This document shows, piece by piece, positions 40,701 to 49,346 of a DNA stretch of 49,856 nucleotides. Position 1 is the stretch's first letter. Every line of letters begins with the position of its first letter. This stretch comes from a virus. The stretch is taken from positions 1 through 49,856 of the IMG/VR virus record IMGVR_UViG_3300037313_000092; one strand, written 5' to 3'. Position numbers and translations under genes: made by a program. Below the pieces are notes generated by a model. That model was given only the letters and a program-made list of their open reading frames with translations, did no database searches and was not told the DNA's origin.

Positions 40701-43359
40701 CATCGTGGAAGGCGTTCTCGAAGTCCTGAGCGGTCTTGTAGAACTGACCACGTCGACCATCTTCGTGCATGAAGTCTCGGTTGATCTCAAGAATACGCTG
40801 GAGCTCATGGCGTTCATTCTGAGTGAACCCCCCCATGGCTTTGGCTGTGTCATCGATGGCTTTGTTGAGTACACTCGGCGCATGGGTCGCAACAACCCGA
40901 TTATTCATCTGGAAGTCACTCACGGTATACCGAGAGCTCCGGATGCTACTCCCCAATCCACCGAGTTTACCAGTCACAGCATTAAGCAGGCTGTTCCAGA
41001 AGCCACGAGGGGTTTCATTCTCAGAGACAATCAAACCATCACGAGCAGGCTTGAAGGTCTCGTCTACGTGCTGGAAGTGCGAGATATAGAACTTATTGCC
41101 TTCCTGTTGAACGGTAGCGGACTTACCCAAGCGATACTGAAGGTCCATAACGTTCTTGGCTTGAGCAGAGCTATCAAACAACGTACCGTCCTTCTTACCG
41201 AACTTGGTCTCCACGGCGTACGTATTGCTCTGGCCATCCCAATGAGTTACCTGATCTAGGATAGAGTTACTGGCTCGATTGTATTTATTCCTAACTATCT
41301 CCTTGACGTTGTCTACAGCCCGCGACAAAGCCTCCCCGGTCATACGCTCGACGCGCACGGGGTCCTGTAGGGCTGAGGCGAGTTCATTGACCTGACCCTG
41401 TGCCTCACTGACCAAACGGTCCTTGAGTTCACGGCTAAGGCTGGAACTATTCTGGTAAAACGTCTGAGGCGAAGTCAGACTAGGAATATTCCTACGAATG
41501 GCCTCGACATCACCACGAGGCGTCAACTCCGAAATCTTATCGCGGAGTTCCTGAACAGCAGCGCCCTTGGCGGCATTCTCCTGCTGGCCCATCTTGGTTA
41601 GGGCATCCTGAGGATGGTCTTCACCCGAGGACTTGACGATGTCAGCCAGTGCCTTACGGGTTTCGACTTCTTCCTTCGGGGCAATCAGCGTCTTATCGAA
41701 CTTAACCGAGTACGGCTGGTTCTTGTTAACACTCGTGATCCGAGAACCGAAATCCTCGAACTGGCTCTTGGTTCCCTCAGGCAGACGAACAGGATATAAG
41801 CCTTCGCGAGGCTCAGAGGAAATATCCTTAGCCTTTACGATAGTGTTAGGGACACGCTTGCCCGGGGATTGGTTATTTAGATCACCGATATGGTAATCAC
41901 CGTTATCGGCCTTGAGCAGCGTATAGTTCTTATCTTCGTCCAGTACCTGAGATAGCTTCTCGTAGTTGGCTTTATTTACATAGATCGTCGGTGAATGAAC
42001 ATCCTCACCCGGGGATTTAACACCCTCAGGAGAGAACTCATGCACACCAGTCTTAGTCGTAAAAGTATTTACGTTTTGTCCCGGTTCGACGGTAAAAGGC
42101 ACCGTCCCTTCTGTAGGAGTTCGAGACACCGGCACCTCCGTGCCATCGGGTTTGAAATACCACGGCACGCCATTGTGCACCTCAACACGTCCGAACTGCG
42201 GCTTCGCGCCCGGGAAGTTACGCACAGCCGCTTCAGGGATGTAATACCTCTGCGCAGGCGGTGTACTCGGGCTAGACAATATATCCTTCGCAACGCCCTC
42301 TGCCGCTCCTGTTGGAGTAACAGGCGGTCGGGGAGAAGTCTTAAGGACATCTTCTGCGGTTTGGAGGGCGAGGCTAGGGACTTCTCGACCACCAGCAATA
42401 CGACCAATAGCACGCATACCACCGCCGATAGGTAGAACAGTCCCGGCATTAACGATTGCGAAAGCATTATCTACATACGCATCCGAGGTTGAGAACGAAG
42501 TCGCTGCTTTGATAAAGTCCATCGCATTGGATGGAGAGGACTTCCAGAGATCACTACCCGGACCTGCGGCAGCCTTAAGAGCCGGAAGGAACTGATCCTG
42601 AGGAAGTAGATACAGATACTGGATTTGTTCGAGCTTATTGCTGCCCGGCAGAATGGAATTATTCGGGGACTGATTGACAAGATTACGCTGAAGGGCGTAC
42701 TGGCGGAAGCCCAGGCCAAGAAAGTTCTTAATCAGATCGCCGGCTTTGTCTTCCTGATCTCTATGCTCCGGATCGGTATTGAACCAAGGCGTCTGATCGT
42801 ACTGAGCCTGCACCTCTTCGAGGAAGTTCTTAGCCTGAAGGCTCCTAGAAGTCATGGCCTGACCAAGCTGGATGTTATTCCTAGTGCTGTCTGGTTGTCT
42901 CTCGAAGGCAGACTGGAAAACGAGGTTCTTCTCAGGATCGCCGATGACACCGCTAGAGACATAGTTCCTAGCGAATTTGTCTTCGATAACAGTCTCGGGG
43001 TTGGCCTCAGGCGCCTTACCGACAGCCATAAGGGTGTTGATGTCTTGTCCGGTAACCGGGGTCTTGCTCTGAACGATAGCCTTGATGCTGTTGAGCTTAG
43101 CCTGCTGGATTTCAGCATTAGCCTGCCCAGCAGCCATGGTACGGACCTGCGGCTCCTGACCACTTGCAAAGGCATCCTTGAGCTGAGGCAGACCCGGAGA
43201 CTGGTCACCCATAGCAAAGTCAGCCCTACGGGCGCGGTTAGTCACTACATCATCAGGCATAGGAGCCGGAGCACCTTGTGCAGTCAGATCAGGATTAGGA
43301 CCTTCGTTCGGTGTTTCAGTAGTAACTAGATTAGGATAGTCAGACACTAAGCACCCCAA
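37771..43359 (-). CDS. Giant internal virion/ejection protein (gp16-like by position)
   Basis: 1862-aa uninterrupted ORF. No catalytic motif recognised by eye. Confidence 0.5.
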   Translation of the reverse strand: MGCLVSDYPNLVTTETPNEGPNPDLTAQGAPAPMPDDVVTNRARRADFAMGDQSPGLPQLKDAFASGQEPQVRTMAAGQANAEIQQAKLNSIKAIVQSKTPVTGQDINTLMAVGKAPEANPETVIEDKFARNYVSSGVIGDPEKNLVFQSAFERQPDSTRNNIQLGQAMTSRSLQAKNFLEEVQAQYDQTPWFNTDPEHRDQEDKAGDLIKNFLGLGFRQYALQRNLVNQSPNNSILPGSNKLEQIQYLYLLPQDQFLPALKAAAGPGSDLWKSSPSNAMDFIKAATSFSTSDAYVDNAFAIVNAGTVLPIGGGMRAIGRIAGGREVPSLALQTAEDVLKTSPRPPVTPTGAAEGVAKDILSSPSTPPAQRYYIPEAAVRNFPGAKPQFGRVEVHNGVPWYFKPDGTEVPVSRTPTEGTVPFTVEPGQNVNTFTTKTGVHEFSPEGVKSPGEDVHSPTIYVNKANYEKLSQVLDEDKNYTLLKADNGDYHIGDLNNQSPGKRVPNTIVKAKDISSEPREGLYPVRLPEGTKSQFEDFGSRITSVNKNQPYSVKFDKTLIAPKEEVETRKALADIVKSSGEDHPQDALTKMGQQENAAKGAAVQELRDKISELTPRGDVEAIRRNIPSLTSPQTFYQNSSSLSRELKDRLVSEAQGQVNELASALQDPVRVERMTGEALSRAVDNVKEIVRNKYNRASNSILDQVTHWDGQSNTYAVETKFGKKDGTLFDSSAQAKNVMDLQYRLGKSATVQQEGNKFYISHFQHVDETFKPARDGLIVSENETPRGFWNSLLNAVTGKLGGLGSSIRSSRYTVSDFQMNNRVVATHAPSVLNKAIDDTAKAMGGFTQNERHELQRILEINRDFMHEDGRRGQFYKTAQDFENAFHDVFGKMPTEKQIAGYDSFVRLSDLDWLLRAQQMHRDKARLGIRNYKVSIPSTDEVGLPTNAKTDWFNAKKVENFDPVNTQDANIYVTPESRFTTKFGDTVLDREMKAKIKSGEYQVLQVANPREKPLMGITGHKDDIHFVVTDAFEDKAIRLGEDMPYEPGGHVIYQDPYFMKMPQIGIGSKGRPTHFGDISVKTFATRREGEAWVAKYNEAREHLLNGREAELQAMFDKGTFPETAPEFKKWFTGGSFGVDTKHPFVLTTAGRDTFQSSEELAKAYPGLREQYSSYNLSQNYNKEFLADRDRQLDTIQNRGTESNPQYANVPSRLYDPYIALQKGISQIVRERWMGDYKTSAAESWVNEFWHLFPQNTLPRDKILQNPWYWTYNAIGNLDAGKALTNPELYTAAMVSRKNILNFLGARDEVGSIVEGLQKRVIDWLEPKIGPKAAGRLEETILPAIKNAPQYARAAAFNAVDGLFNPVQLIQQGQGLAHVLALSPVNGLKGATGSTLARLYRATEDAAILQDAAKKAKAMGWNGDHWLEALEAWKKTGVHNIGGEVSLQSTIGDPNLFQSGTQKFLDKGRLFFKASEAIVRDNAFFTAYQDWRTKNPTAVFDNRAIGDVLNRFDTLSMNMTRASNASYNEGVLSIPTQFWTWNARFTEQMLGKQLTWGEKSRVLGMYSALYGIPATMGGVGFGVIPGLNYADIRKYALANGYNVHDKYFDALDNGIPTMLTNIITGHETDLQRFSPEFNNVRDVLDGKKDVASLLVGASGGFMANVASSLYPFMRFGAAALQGKPNDFPLKLNDLMNVAENVSSLNNLEKLVVGLHAGKLWSKKEMLIDSNIDTFEAFMMGMGLNPKRDSDAFLRMDYLKGLKQVQESLRPQILENWKLAQEAMARGDVQSMMDFMTRTKSLSALADMSMQDQAKMFKQAMHGNEDLVDQAERMWQQNLPQLRQTPQYMDYMKNIQKHNQVNQDNQ

Positions 43360-44144
43360 GGACGGGAGGACATGGCGTAATTATCAGTTCCACCATTATT
43401 ACCAAGAAAATAATCAGTTATTTTACCGATCGTACCACTGTTGTTACCAATAAAGGAACCAAAGCTTGTCAATCCTTGACCCAAAGCAGATTGGCCTTGG
43501 TACGATGCAGCACTAGCGTAATCCAGTGAAGCATTGCCACCGAGTTGATAAATCTGCTGTTGAGCATCCAAAGTCTTGCTCTGTAATGCCTGAGACTGTT
43601 GAACGAAAGATTTATTCTGGTCCTGAGCGTTCAGATACGTCTGAGAGATGTTCTTATTGATATTATAGATGCGATTACCAAAATCCAAATTCTGGTTAAT
43701 ACCTTGGATGTTGACATCACTCTGGCCTGCGATGTTGGCTCTGGATTGACGGGTCGCGGAGCTGCCGGGTTCATTCGCACCGGAATTAGCCGCAGCATTC
43801 AATCCTGTGCCCGCAGCAACAATACCAGTTCTGATCGCCTGACGGATACGACGAGTAGCATCCAATGAAGCAGCCTGCTGTCGGATATCATCGGCGGCCT
43901 GCTGCTGCTGGATGACTGACTTATTCGTGTCAATCTGGAGTTCCTGCTGCTTCGTAGTAAGCGCAAGCTTCTGTCTTTCCGTATCGACGTTGGCTGCTTG
44001 GATTTGAGCAATCTGCCATTGGTTCTGGGCCGCAGCGGATTGAGCTTCGGAAGCCTTCTCGCTGTTATAAATACTATACCCAGTGCCTAGGGCGGCTACG
44101 CCTAGTCCGATACCAGAAATGATTGTTGATACTGCGAAAGCCAT
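43347..44144 (-). CDS. Gln/Asn-rich internal virion protein with N-terminal TM segment
   Basis: 265 aa. The N-terminus is MAFAVSTIISGIGLGVAALGTGY, followed by a Q-rich coiled-coil-like region. Confidence 0.45.
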   Translation of the reverse strand: MAFAVSTIISGIGLGVAALGTGYSIYNSEKASEAQSAAAQNQWQIAQIQAANVDTERQKLALTTKQQELQIDTNKSVIQQQQAADDIRQQAASLDATRRIRQAIRTGIVAAGTGLNAAANSGANEPGSSATRQSRANIAGQSDVNIQGINQNLDFGNRIYNINKNISQTYLNAQDQNKSFVQQSQALQSKTLDAQQQIYQLGGNASLDYASAASYQGQSALGQGLTSFGSFIGNNSGTIGKITDYFLGNNGGTDNYAMSSRPWGA

Positions 44145-44482
44145 TCGTTGTACTCTTCTTCGGTCTTAATCAGAAAGTGATCTTCGATTGCTTTAGTGTC
44201 TGTAAGGTCTGTGCCAAGGATAGTTGTCCACACACAGTCTGTAATTGCGTATGCAATTCGTTTAGTTCCGGGAGGGCTAACCACTGTGAACGGTGCCGTG
44301 ACTTCCACGATACCATCTTCTGTAAGCACTCGCATACTTCCTTTGGACAGGATATTGAGTTGTTCGTATTTGTGGGCGTATCCGGTAAGGACACATCCAG
44401 CATAGATAGTGAGTTCTCTTGCATATACTCCAGGGGAGAAATATTCTTTGAAAGGTAGTTTGACTTGTGGTCGTTTAAGCAT
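44102..44482 (-). CDS. Small cupin-like protein in the tail module
   Basis: An ATG at 44482 avoids a 149-nt overlap with the upstream gene, whereas the track ORF starts at 44662. The sequence FSPGVYARELTIYAGCVLTGYAHKYEQLNILSKGSMRV looks like a cupin. The fold call is tentative. Confidence 0.35.
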   Translation of the reverse strand: MLKRPQVKLPFKEYFSPGVYARELTIYAGCVLTGYAHKYEQLNILSKGSMRVLTEDGIVEVTAPFTVVSPPGTKRIAYAITDCVWTTILGTDLTDTKAIEDHFLIKTEEEYNEWLSQYQQSFLVSD

Positions 44483-44513
44483 TTCTGCTTCGATACTAAA
44501 GACGTCATGAACA

Positions 44514-46664
44514 CTAGGGCGCTTGTGTTGCGGTGTCGAAAGTACTCCATCCGACAACTGAGAAAGACTTTCCTGTAACGCTAGTGATCCTGAATTGGAG
44601 GGCAACTCCGGTACCTCGGACTTTAAGTCTTCGACGGGCCGCGTCTGCGAATGTTTCATCATGCGTGATTAATTGGGTTTGTGTCCACTTCCCAGAGTTA
44701 CGGTTGTTGCTAAAATTCCATTGGGATTGGAATACATACGAGGGTTGTCCAAGCGTGGCAACGTCCTTTAGATCATTGAACAAATAAATATAATTTGACT
44801 GGAACTTGCGGATACCTTGTGTCTTCACGGAGTAGCCAGAGACAAAGAAACTATCGTAATCAATACCGCCAGTCTTTTGTTGCCAATCCAAGAAGGCCGG
44901 ATTAAAGCTTTCTGCAAACGTGAATTTATACGAACCGGCGTTGCTATAAGACGCCAGGAACTTCGTAGCCGTCTGAACCGTTGTACCCGAGAAACCATAC
45001 GTCGTCACGATATTTCCTGAACCATCAATAACCTGATCAGCTAAACTATCGATGACATTACTAGTACCAGTAACGGAGGAAGCACCTTCGATAACAACGA
45101 TGCTATTTAGGCTGACTACACTCGTGTCTACTGACCATGTATAGAAAGCACCAGACAAAAGATTAAGGCTCATGACCGAATCATACGAGTACGTCTGGGT
45201 AATCGTACCTGAGACCGCAGTTCTGTACAGCCATTGAATAGTATGCGTCCGGGGATTATACGCCCCACGAACTGTCTTCTTATTAGCGCTCGGGATGTCC
45301 TCGACGTAGAAGTCTTTGATCTTATCGTAGGTTAAGCTCTTGACATCATAGCCAGTATTACTCTGGGCAAGAACATTGATGTCACTTGTGTTCCACCAGT
45401 ACACCGAACCTTCTGCGACGACATAACTAGTACCGGCTAGGCTTCGAACGTAAGACAGATTAGCCACGTTATAGTCATCGGCAGAAAAACCAATGCCACG
45501 ACTACCTGTAATAGCCCATACACCATTGGCCCCGAACACAATAAGATTAGGTCCAAGACTAATAAGACGGTAGATAGGGCCAGCTTGAGGAATTGAGATG
45601 ACACCGCCATCCGAAGCCACGAAATCAAACAGCGTCTCACTAGTCGGATCATTCGTCGCAGCGCACCACCCGAAGTCATTCGTATCCTGCACGACACGGG
45701 TGAAGTAAATCAGTCCGTTGTATCCCTGTGCGGTAACACCGGCATACCAGACCCGGCCTGCGTGGAACTCGGTAACTGAGGGCCGCAGCGTCCCCGATGT
45801 CTGGTCGACTGTACCTGTGAGGGATAGACTAACGCCGGTCTGGGTAAGGCACGTCGCTGCCCTAGCAGTGTTCCAGGGATTGAGACGGATGAAGCCCTGA
45901 GGCGCAGGAGAACTCCCACGGTTATTGCTCGCAAGCGTCGTAGCGTTGACGACAAAGGCATTGGTACTATCCTTGAAAATCCACCAAACATCAGCATTGC
46001 TCGGGTACGCACTCGCCCCAGTATGGAACGTAGTGATATTCGTACTTGTCCAACCTTGATTTAGTAGATTGTAATTATGGTTGGCAGTCAGACTAGTCGG
46101 TCGATTGTCTACTAGAACGGCTTCGGTAATACCGTAAATATCCCTCACCGTGAAGGTAATGATACTCGCGGTAAAGGTACCGCCGCTGGGATTATATTGA
46201 ATATAGAACGGATCACAATACGGGTGGACTACGAAGAGGTAGCCCAAACCCGTAGAATACTGGCATTCGTTTTGATTGAGGTTGTCTGACGTAGAACCTG
46301 AGGCTTGGAACGATGTCAAGGACACAGTATTCGCAGACAAACCAGCAGATAGAGACAACGTGCTATTCGTATTATAAAACGATAACGTATCGCCATTCTG
46401 CTGTACGACAAGGTTAGTCAAACCGTCAGCAGAAGCATTCTTCCAGTAATAAGTGCTTTGGGCTTTCTCGGTTCTATCTTGAGTATTCGTAGTGAAGTTG
46501 TTTTCAAATTCAAACCCCAGCCGACGGCTAACCAAACCAAACTCCGTGAAGAGACAGTTATCTTGATCGATAGCTGCATTCGGAGGGAAGTTCAGAGCTG
46601 TCGCCTGTGAGACTAAACCACCAATGAAATTATTCTCAATGGTGGTATTTGAATTTCTGGGCAA
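44514..46664 (-). CDS. Tail tubular protein B / nozzle-like protein
   Basis: 716-aa beta-rich ORF downstream of the gp11-like gene. The call rests on synteny and size. Confidence 0.45.
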   Translation of the reverse strand: MPRNSNTTIENNFIGGLVSQATALNFPPNAAIDQDNCLFTEFGLVSRRLGFEFENNFTTNTQDRTEKAQSTYYWKNASADGLTNLVVQQNGDTLSFYNTNSTLSLSAGLSANTVSLTSFQASGSTSDNLNQNECQYSTGLGYLFVVHPYCDPFYIQYNPSGGTFTASIITFTVRDIYGITEAVLVDNRPTSLTANHNYNLLNQGWTSTNITTFHTGASAYPSNADVWWIFKDSTNAFVVNATTLASNNRGSSPAPQGFIRLNPWNTARAATCLTQTGVSLSLTGTVDQTSGTLRPSVTEFHAGRVWYAGVTAQGYNGLIYFTRVVQDTNDFGWCAATNDPTSETLFDFVASDGGVISIPQAGPIYRLISLGPNLIVFGANGVWAITGSRGIGFSADDYNVANLSYVRSLAGTSYVVAEGSVYWWNTSDINVLAQSNTGYDVKSLTYDKIKDFYVEDIPSANKKTVRGAYNPRTHTIQWLYRTAVSGTITQTYSYDSVMSLNLLSGAFYTWSVDTSVVSLNSIVVIEGASSVTGTSNVIDSLADQVIDGSGNIVTTYGFSGTTVQTATKFLASYSNAGSYKFTFAESFNPAFLDWQQKTGGIDYDSFFVSGYSVKTQGIRKFQSNYIYLFNDLKDVATLGQPSYVFQSQWNFSNNRNSGKWTQTQLITHDETFADAARRRLKVRGTGVALQFRITSVTGKSFSVVGWSTFDTATQAP

Positions 46665-46665
46665 T

Positions 46666-46929
46666 TTACGAAGCCTTTGCCTTTACAGGTGCGTCTTTGA
46701 GTTCAGAGATAACAGTCTGGCGTTCACGAATGTACTTCTCAGCCGCGAGCCGAGCCTGAGACCAATCACTATAAGCCCCCGTGTACGCCGCAGGCATCAT
46801 ACCCTTATCGAGGTTCAGATAAATAAAACCGTAAGGATCGGTCCTCTTGAGGTGAAGCTTATTACCATTCTCAAGCTGGTAGACACGATGATTGGCCTGA
46901 TCGTTACCGTTAAAGTCAGCGAAATCCAC
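46666..46929 (-). CDS. Hypothetical small virion-module protein
   Basis: 87-aa ORF. Confidence 0.4.
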   Translation of the reverse strand: MDFADFNGNDQANHRVYQLENGNKLHLKRTDPYGFIYLNLDKGMMPAAYTGAYSDWSQARLAAEKYIRERQTVISELKDAPVKAKAS

Positions 46930-46931
46930 TA

Positions 46932-47747
46932 TTAGTTCCTTCCGAAGATTTTAGGCCACCAACTTCCTGGGCGTCGCCCATAGTTAGGGTACCTTTCGTA
47001 ATAACTGCCCGTGTTAATACCGGGTTTACTGTCTTGTGTTTTAATCCAGTTCTGCCTCGCAGACTTCTCAGCCTTGGCGTCCGGGAGTTGTCTCATACGG
47101 GCTTGACAAGTCGCGATAGTCTCCTGAAGCCAAATCTGATGGATATCAGAATCGAATACAGGAATGAAGCTATCGGCTAGACTGAAGGTGTCGTCGAACT
47201 CGCCGTAGCACAGGGTCTTCGAAGACTGTAGCGTCGTGTCAACCTGACTATCGTAGCTGGAGAACAAAATCGTATTATCGTCAAACGTTGTATAATAGTC
47301 CGGTGACCGATCAGTGTAATACAGAACCTCAAGGGTTGTATTAGGCAGGACTAGTTCCATCGTGCCGACATTACTATCTGATGGGTTCAATCCGTCGCTT
47401 CTCTTGAGATACTCGTCGACTAGTACCGGCGTCAGCAATGTCCAACGTAGCAACGGGTCCGGCGGATCAGTCTGAATACTCCGCTTGTATTTAATCCATT
47501 CAATCGAGTTAAACTGCTTTGGCCGGTACATTACGATAGGGGTCGTATGATCAGAACTAGCTGTCAGGCTGAATAGCTGAAACTCTTCAGGCAAGTCTGC
47601 ACGATTAATGATATCGTTGTAGATTGTCTTGGCGTTGTAGGCTACCTGAAGGCTCTCTGTCGTATCCGTAATTGAATTGACTTCATCCCCATCCATAGCC
47701 GATAGGGTCAACTGAACGACATCTAGGAGGGAATACTTAGTGCTCAC
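46932..47747 (-). CDS. Tail tubular protein A / adaptor-like (gp11-like)
   Basis: 271 aa. The N-terminal pattern [23 protein letters not shown]...[11 protein letters not shown] resembles the gp11-family N-terminus. Confidence 0.45.
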   Translation of the reverse strand: MSTKYSLLDVVQLTLSAMDGDEVNSITDTTESLQVAYNAKTIYNDIINRADLPEEFQLFSLTASSDHTTPIVMYRPKQFNSIEWIKYKRSIQTDPPDPLLRWTLLTPVLVDEYLKRSDGLNPSDSNVGTMELVLPNTTLEVLYYTDRSPDYYTTFDDNTILFSSYDSQVDTTLQSSKTLCYGEFDDTFSLADSFIPVFDSDIHQIWLQETIATCQARMRQLPDAKAEKSARQNWIKTQDSKPGINTGSYYERYPNYGRRPGSWWPKIFGRN

Positions 47748-48121
47748 GTCTTACGGGTCCATTTATCAATAGCGGAGTGGGCGAAGATAAAACCAACAAT
47801 AAGCATGGACATTGTGGCGACATCGCCTTTGAGGGCATCGGTTGTACCCAGGTGCAAAGCAGCATCCCAAGTCAAGCACTTACCATAATAGAAAGCCGTG
47901 GGTAGACCAAAGGCAGCAATCAAAACCTGCATAGCCTTTGACTTAGCTAAATCCATCTGGGCTTGAAAGACCTGAAGATTAGCCTGAACGAGGGCGATAT
48001 CCACCTGCCCGTCCACCTTGAACTTCTCTAGAGAGACATCTTCATGTTTCGTCAACCACAACCCAAGGACGTTAGTGATCGGAGAGATAACCCCTGAGAT
48101 AATACTAGCAATGATATCCAT
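47744..48121 (-). CDS. Multi-pass membrane protein, holin candidate (3-TM type)
   Basis: 125 aa with about three hydrophobic segments ([57 protein letters not shown]). Confidence 0.4.
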   Translation of the reverse strand: MDIIASIISGVISPITNVLGLWLTKHEDVSLEKFKVDGQVDIALVQANLQVFQAQMDLAKSKAMQVLIAAFGLPTAFYYGKCLTWDAALHLGTTDALKGDVATMSMLIVGFIFAHSAIDKWTRKT

Positions 48122-48351
48122 TACTTCTGCATACCTTTCCAGATCGAACGGAACCTAGCTACGAAAACCAATCCACCGATAACAGCTATAACCGGACCAG
48201 GGTGATCCTTGAAAACCTCCGATACCCAAGTCTTTACGTCAGGCATAAAGTCCTGGGCCTGGAAGATAATATCCAGACCAAGACCTACAGCAGCTAGGAC
48301 GTAGCTTAGAGCTACTGTTACAGAATGAAAAAACCATTTAGTTAGCGCCAT
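48121..48351 (-). CDS. Two-TM small membrane protein, holin or antiholin candidate
   Basis: 76 aa. TM segments are FFHSVTVALSYVLAAVGLGLDIIF and GPVIAVIGGLVFVARF. Confidence 0.4.
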   Translation of the reverse strand: MALTKWFFHSVTVALSYVLAAVGLGLDIIFQAQDFMPDVKTWVSEVFKDHPGPVIAVIGGLVFVARFRSIWKGMQK

Positions 48352-49346
48352 CGCGATCCATCCTCAAGAAGAATAGTATGTGCCACAGGAGTTCCACCAC
48401 CAGTAGGCGTAACCATGATGCTGCCTGTGCCGTTAACAATAACACCATTGGCAGTCAAATGAGCACCCCGGCCTGTAAACGAACCAGTGAAAGCCATACC
48501 TTGTGTATACGCTTCGCTACCGTCGATAATAAACATAGCATCATCGAAAGTAACACCGCTAAGTGTAATCGGGATAGTCCCCGTCTGGCCACCGTTATTA
48601 TTTCCAATAAAACACGAACTAGCCCCGATCTGTGCCATAGCAACAGAGTTACCGACGACATTCAAACCTCCGGCACTAACCATAAGTGTTGAGCTCATGG
48701 ATACCCCGATATGAAGGTTGTAATGACCTCCTGTGATTTGACCGGCATTGCCTAACATGACATGATCGATATCAAGCATAGAAGCGTTCATGACATCGAT
48801 GTTATCTTGGTAACTCGGGCCGCTGTCAATCAGAAAACCGAACACCTTTAGACCAGCCGTATCAGAAAGTGAAATAGCCGGTCCATTATCATCGAACGAA
48901 CCCAGGCTCCCGTAGTTACCGACTGCGATAACAGCACCAATAGGATTAGCAGGATCGCCTTGCAGGGTAAACGGGTTGTACACACCGATGTTAAACAAGG
49001 GTTTACCCGGTACTGCCTGAAGCGGAGGGAATACACCGGGCTGACCAAGCAACCTGCCACTCATCGCTACACGAGGATAGAGATACCCGATGCCTGAGCC
49101 TGGTTTACTAGCTACATAGATATTCGGAGCGTACTTTCCAGCGAAGTCCCAATCAGCGTACATCTCATCGACAGCACGTTGAATAGTAGCATAAGGGGCG
49201 GACTGAGAGCCATTACCTGTAGCGTCATTCCCAGGTACAGCAGGCACCTGAGTACTACCGACGGTCCAATACGCCCCTGTAGTAAACGAAGAACTCGGAG
49301 GAGAAATAAAACGCTGAATATTTGAAGTAGCGACTGATCGTGTCAT
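48342..49346 (-). CDS. Right-handed beta-helix (pectate-lyase-like) tail protein, possible depolymerase
   Basis: 334 aa. It has GNDATGNGSQSAPYATIQRAVD followed by Gly/Asn/Val-rich repeats. Confidence 0.5.
   Translation of the reverse strand: MTRSVATSNIQRFISPPSSSFTTGAYWTVGSTQVPAVPGNDATGNGSQSAPYATIQRAVDEMYADWDFAGKYAPNIYVASKPGSGIGYLYPRVAMSGRLLGQPGVFPPLQAVPGKPLFNIGVYNPFTLQGDPANPIGAVIAVGNYGSLGSFDDNGPAISLSDTAGLKVFGFLIDSGPSYQDNIDVMNASMLDIDHVMLGNAGQITGGHYNLHIGVSMSSTLMVSAGGLNVVGNSVAMAQIGASSCFIGNNNGGQTGTIPITLSGVTFDDAMFIIDGSEAYTQGMAFTGSFTGRGAHLTANGVIVNGTGSIMVTPTGGGTPVAHTILLEDGSRWR

Noticed and set aside
37771-43359. Possibility that the giant virion protein is an N4-like virion RNA polymerase
   Set aside because: I could not see T7-like motif A/B/C signatures or DPBB-type catalytic motifs when reading the sequence. 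At 1862 aa it is also much shorter than N4 vRNAP. This needs an HMM check and is only weakly rejected.
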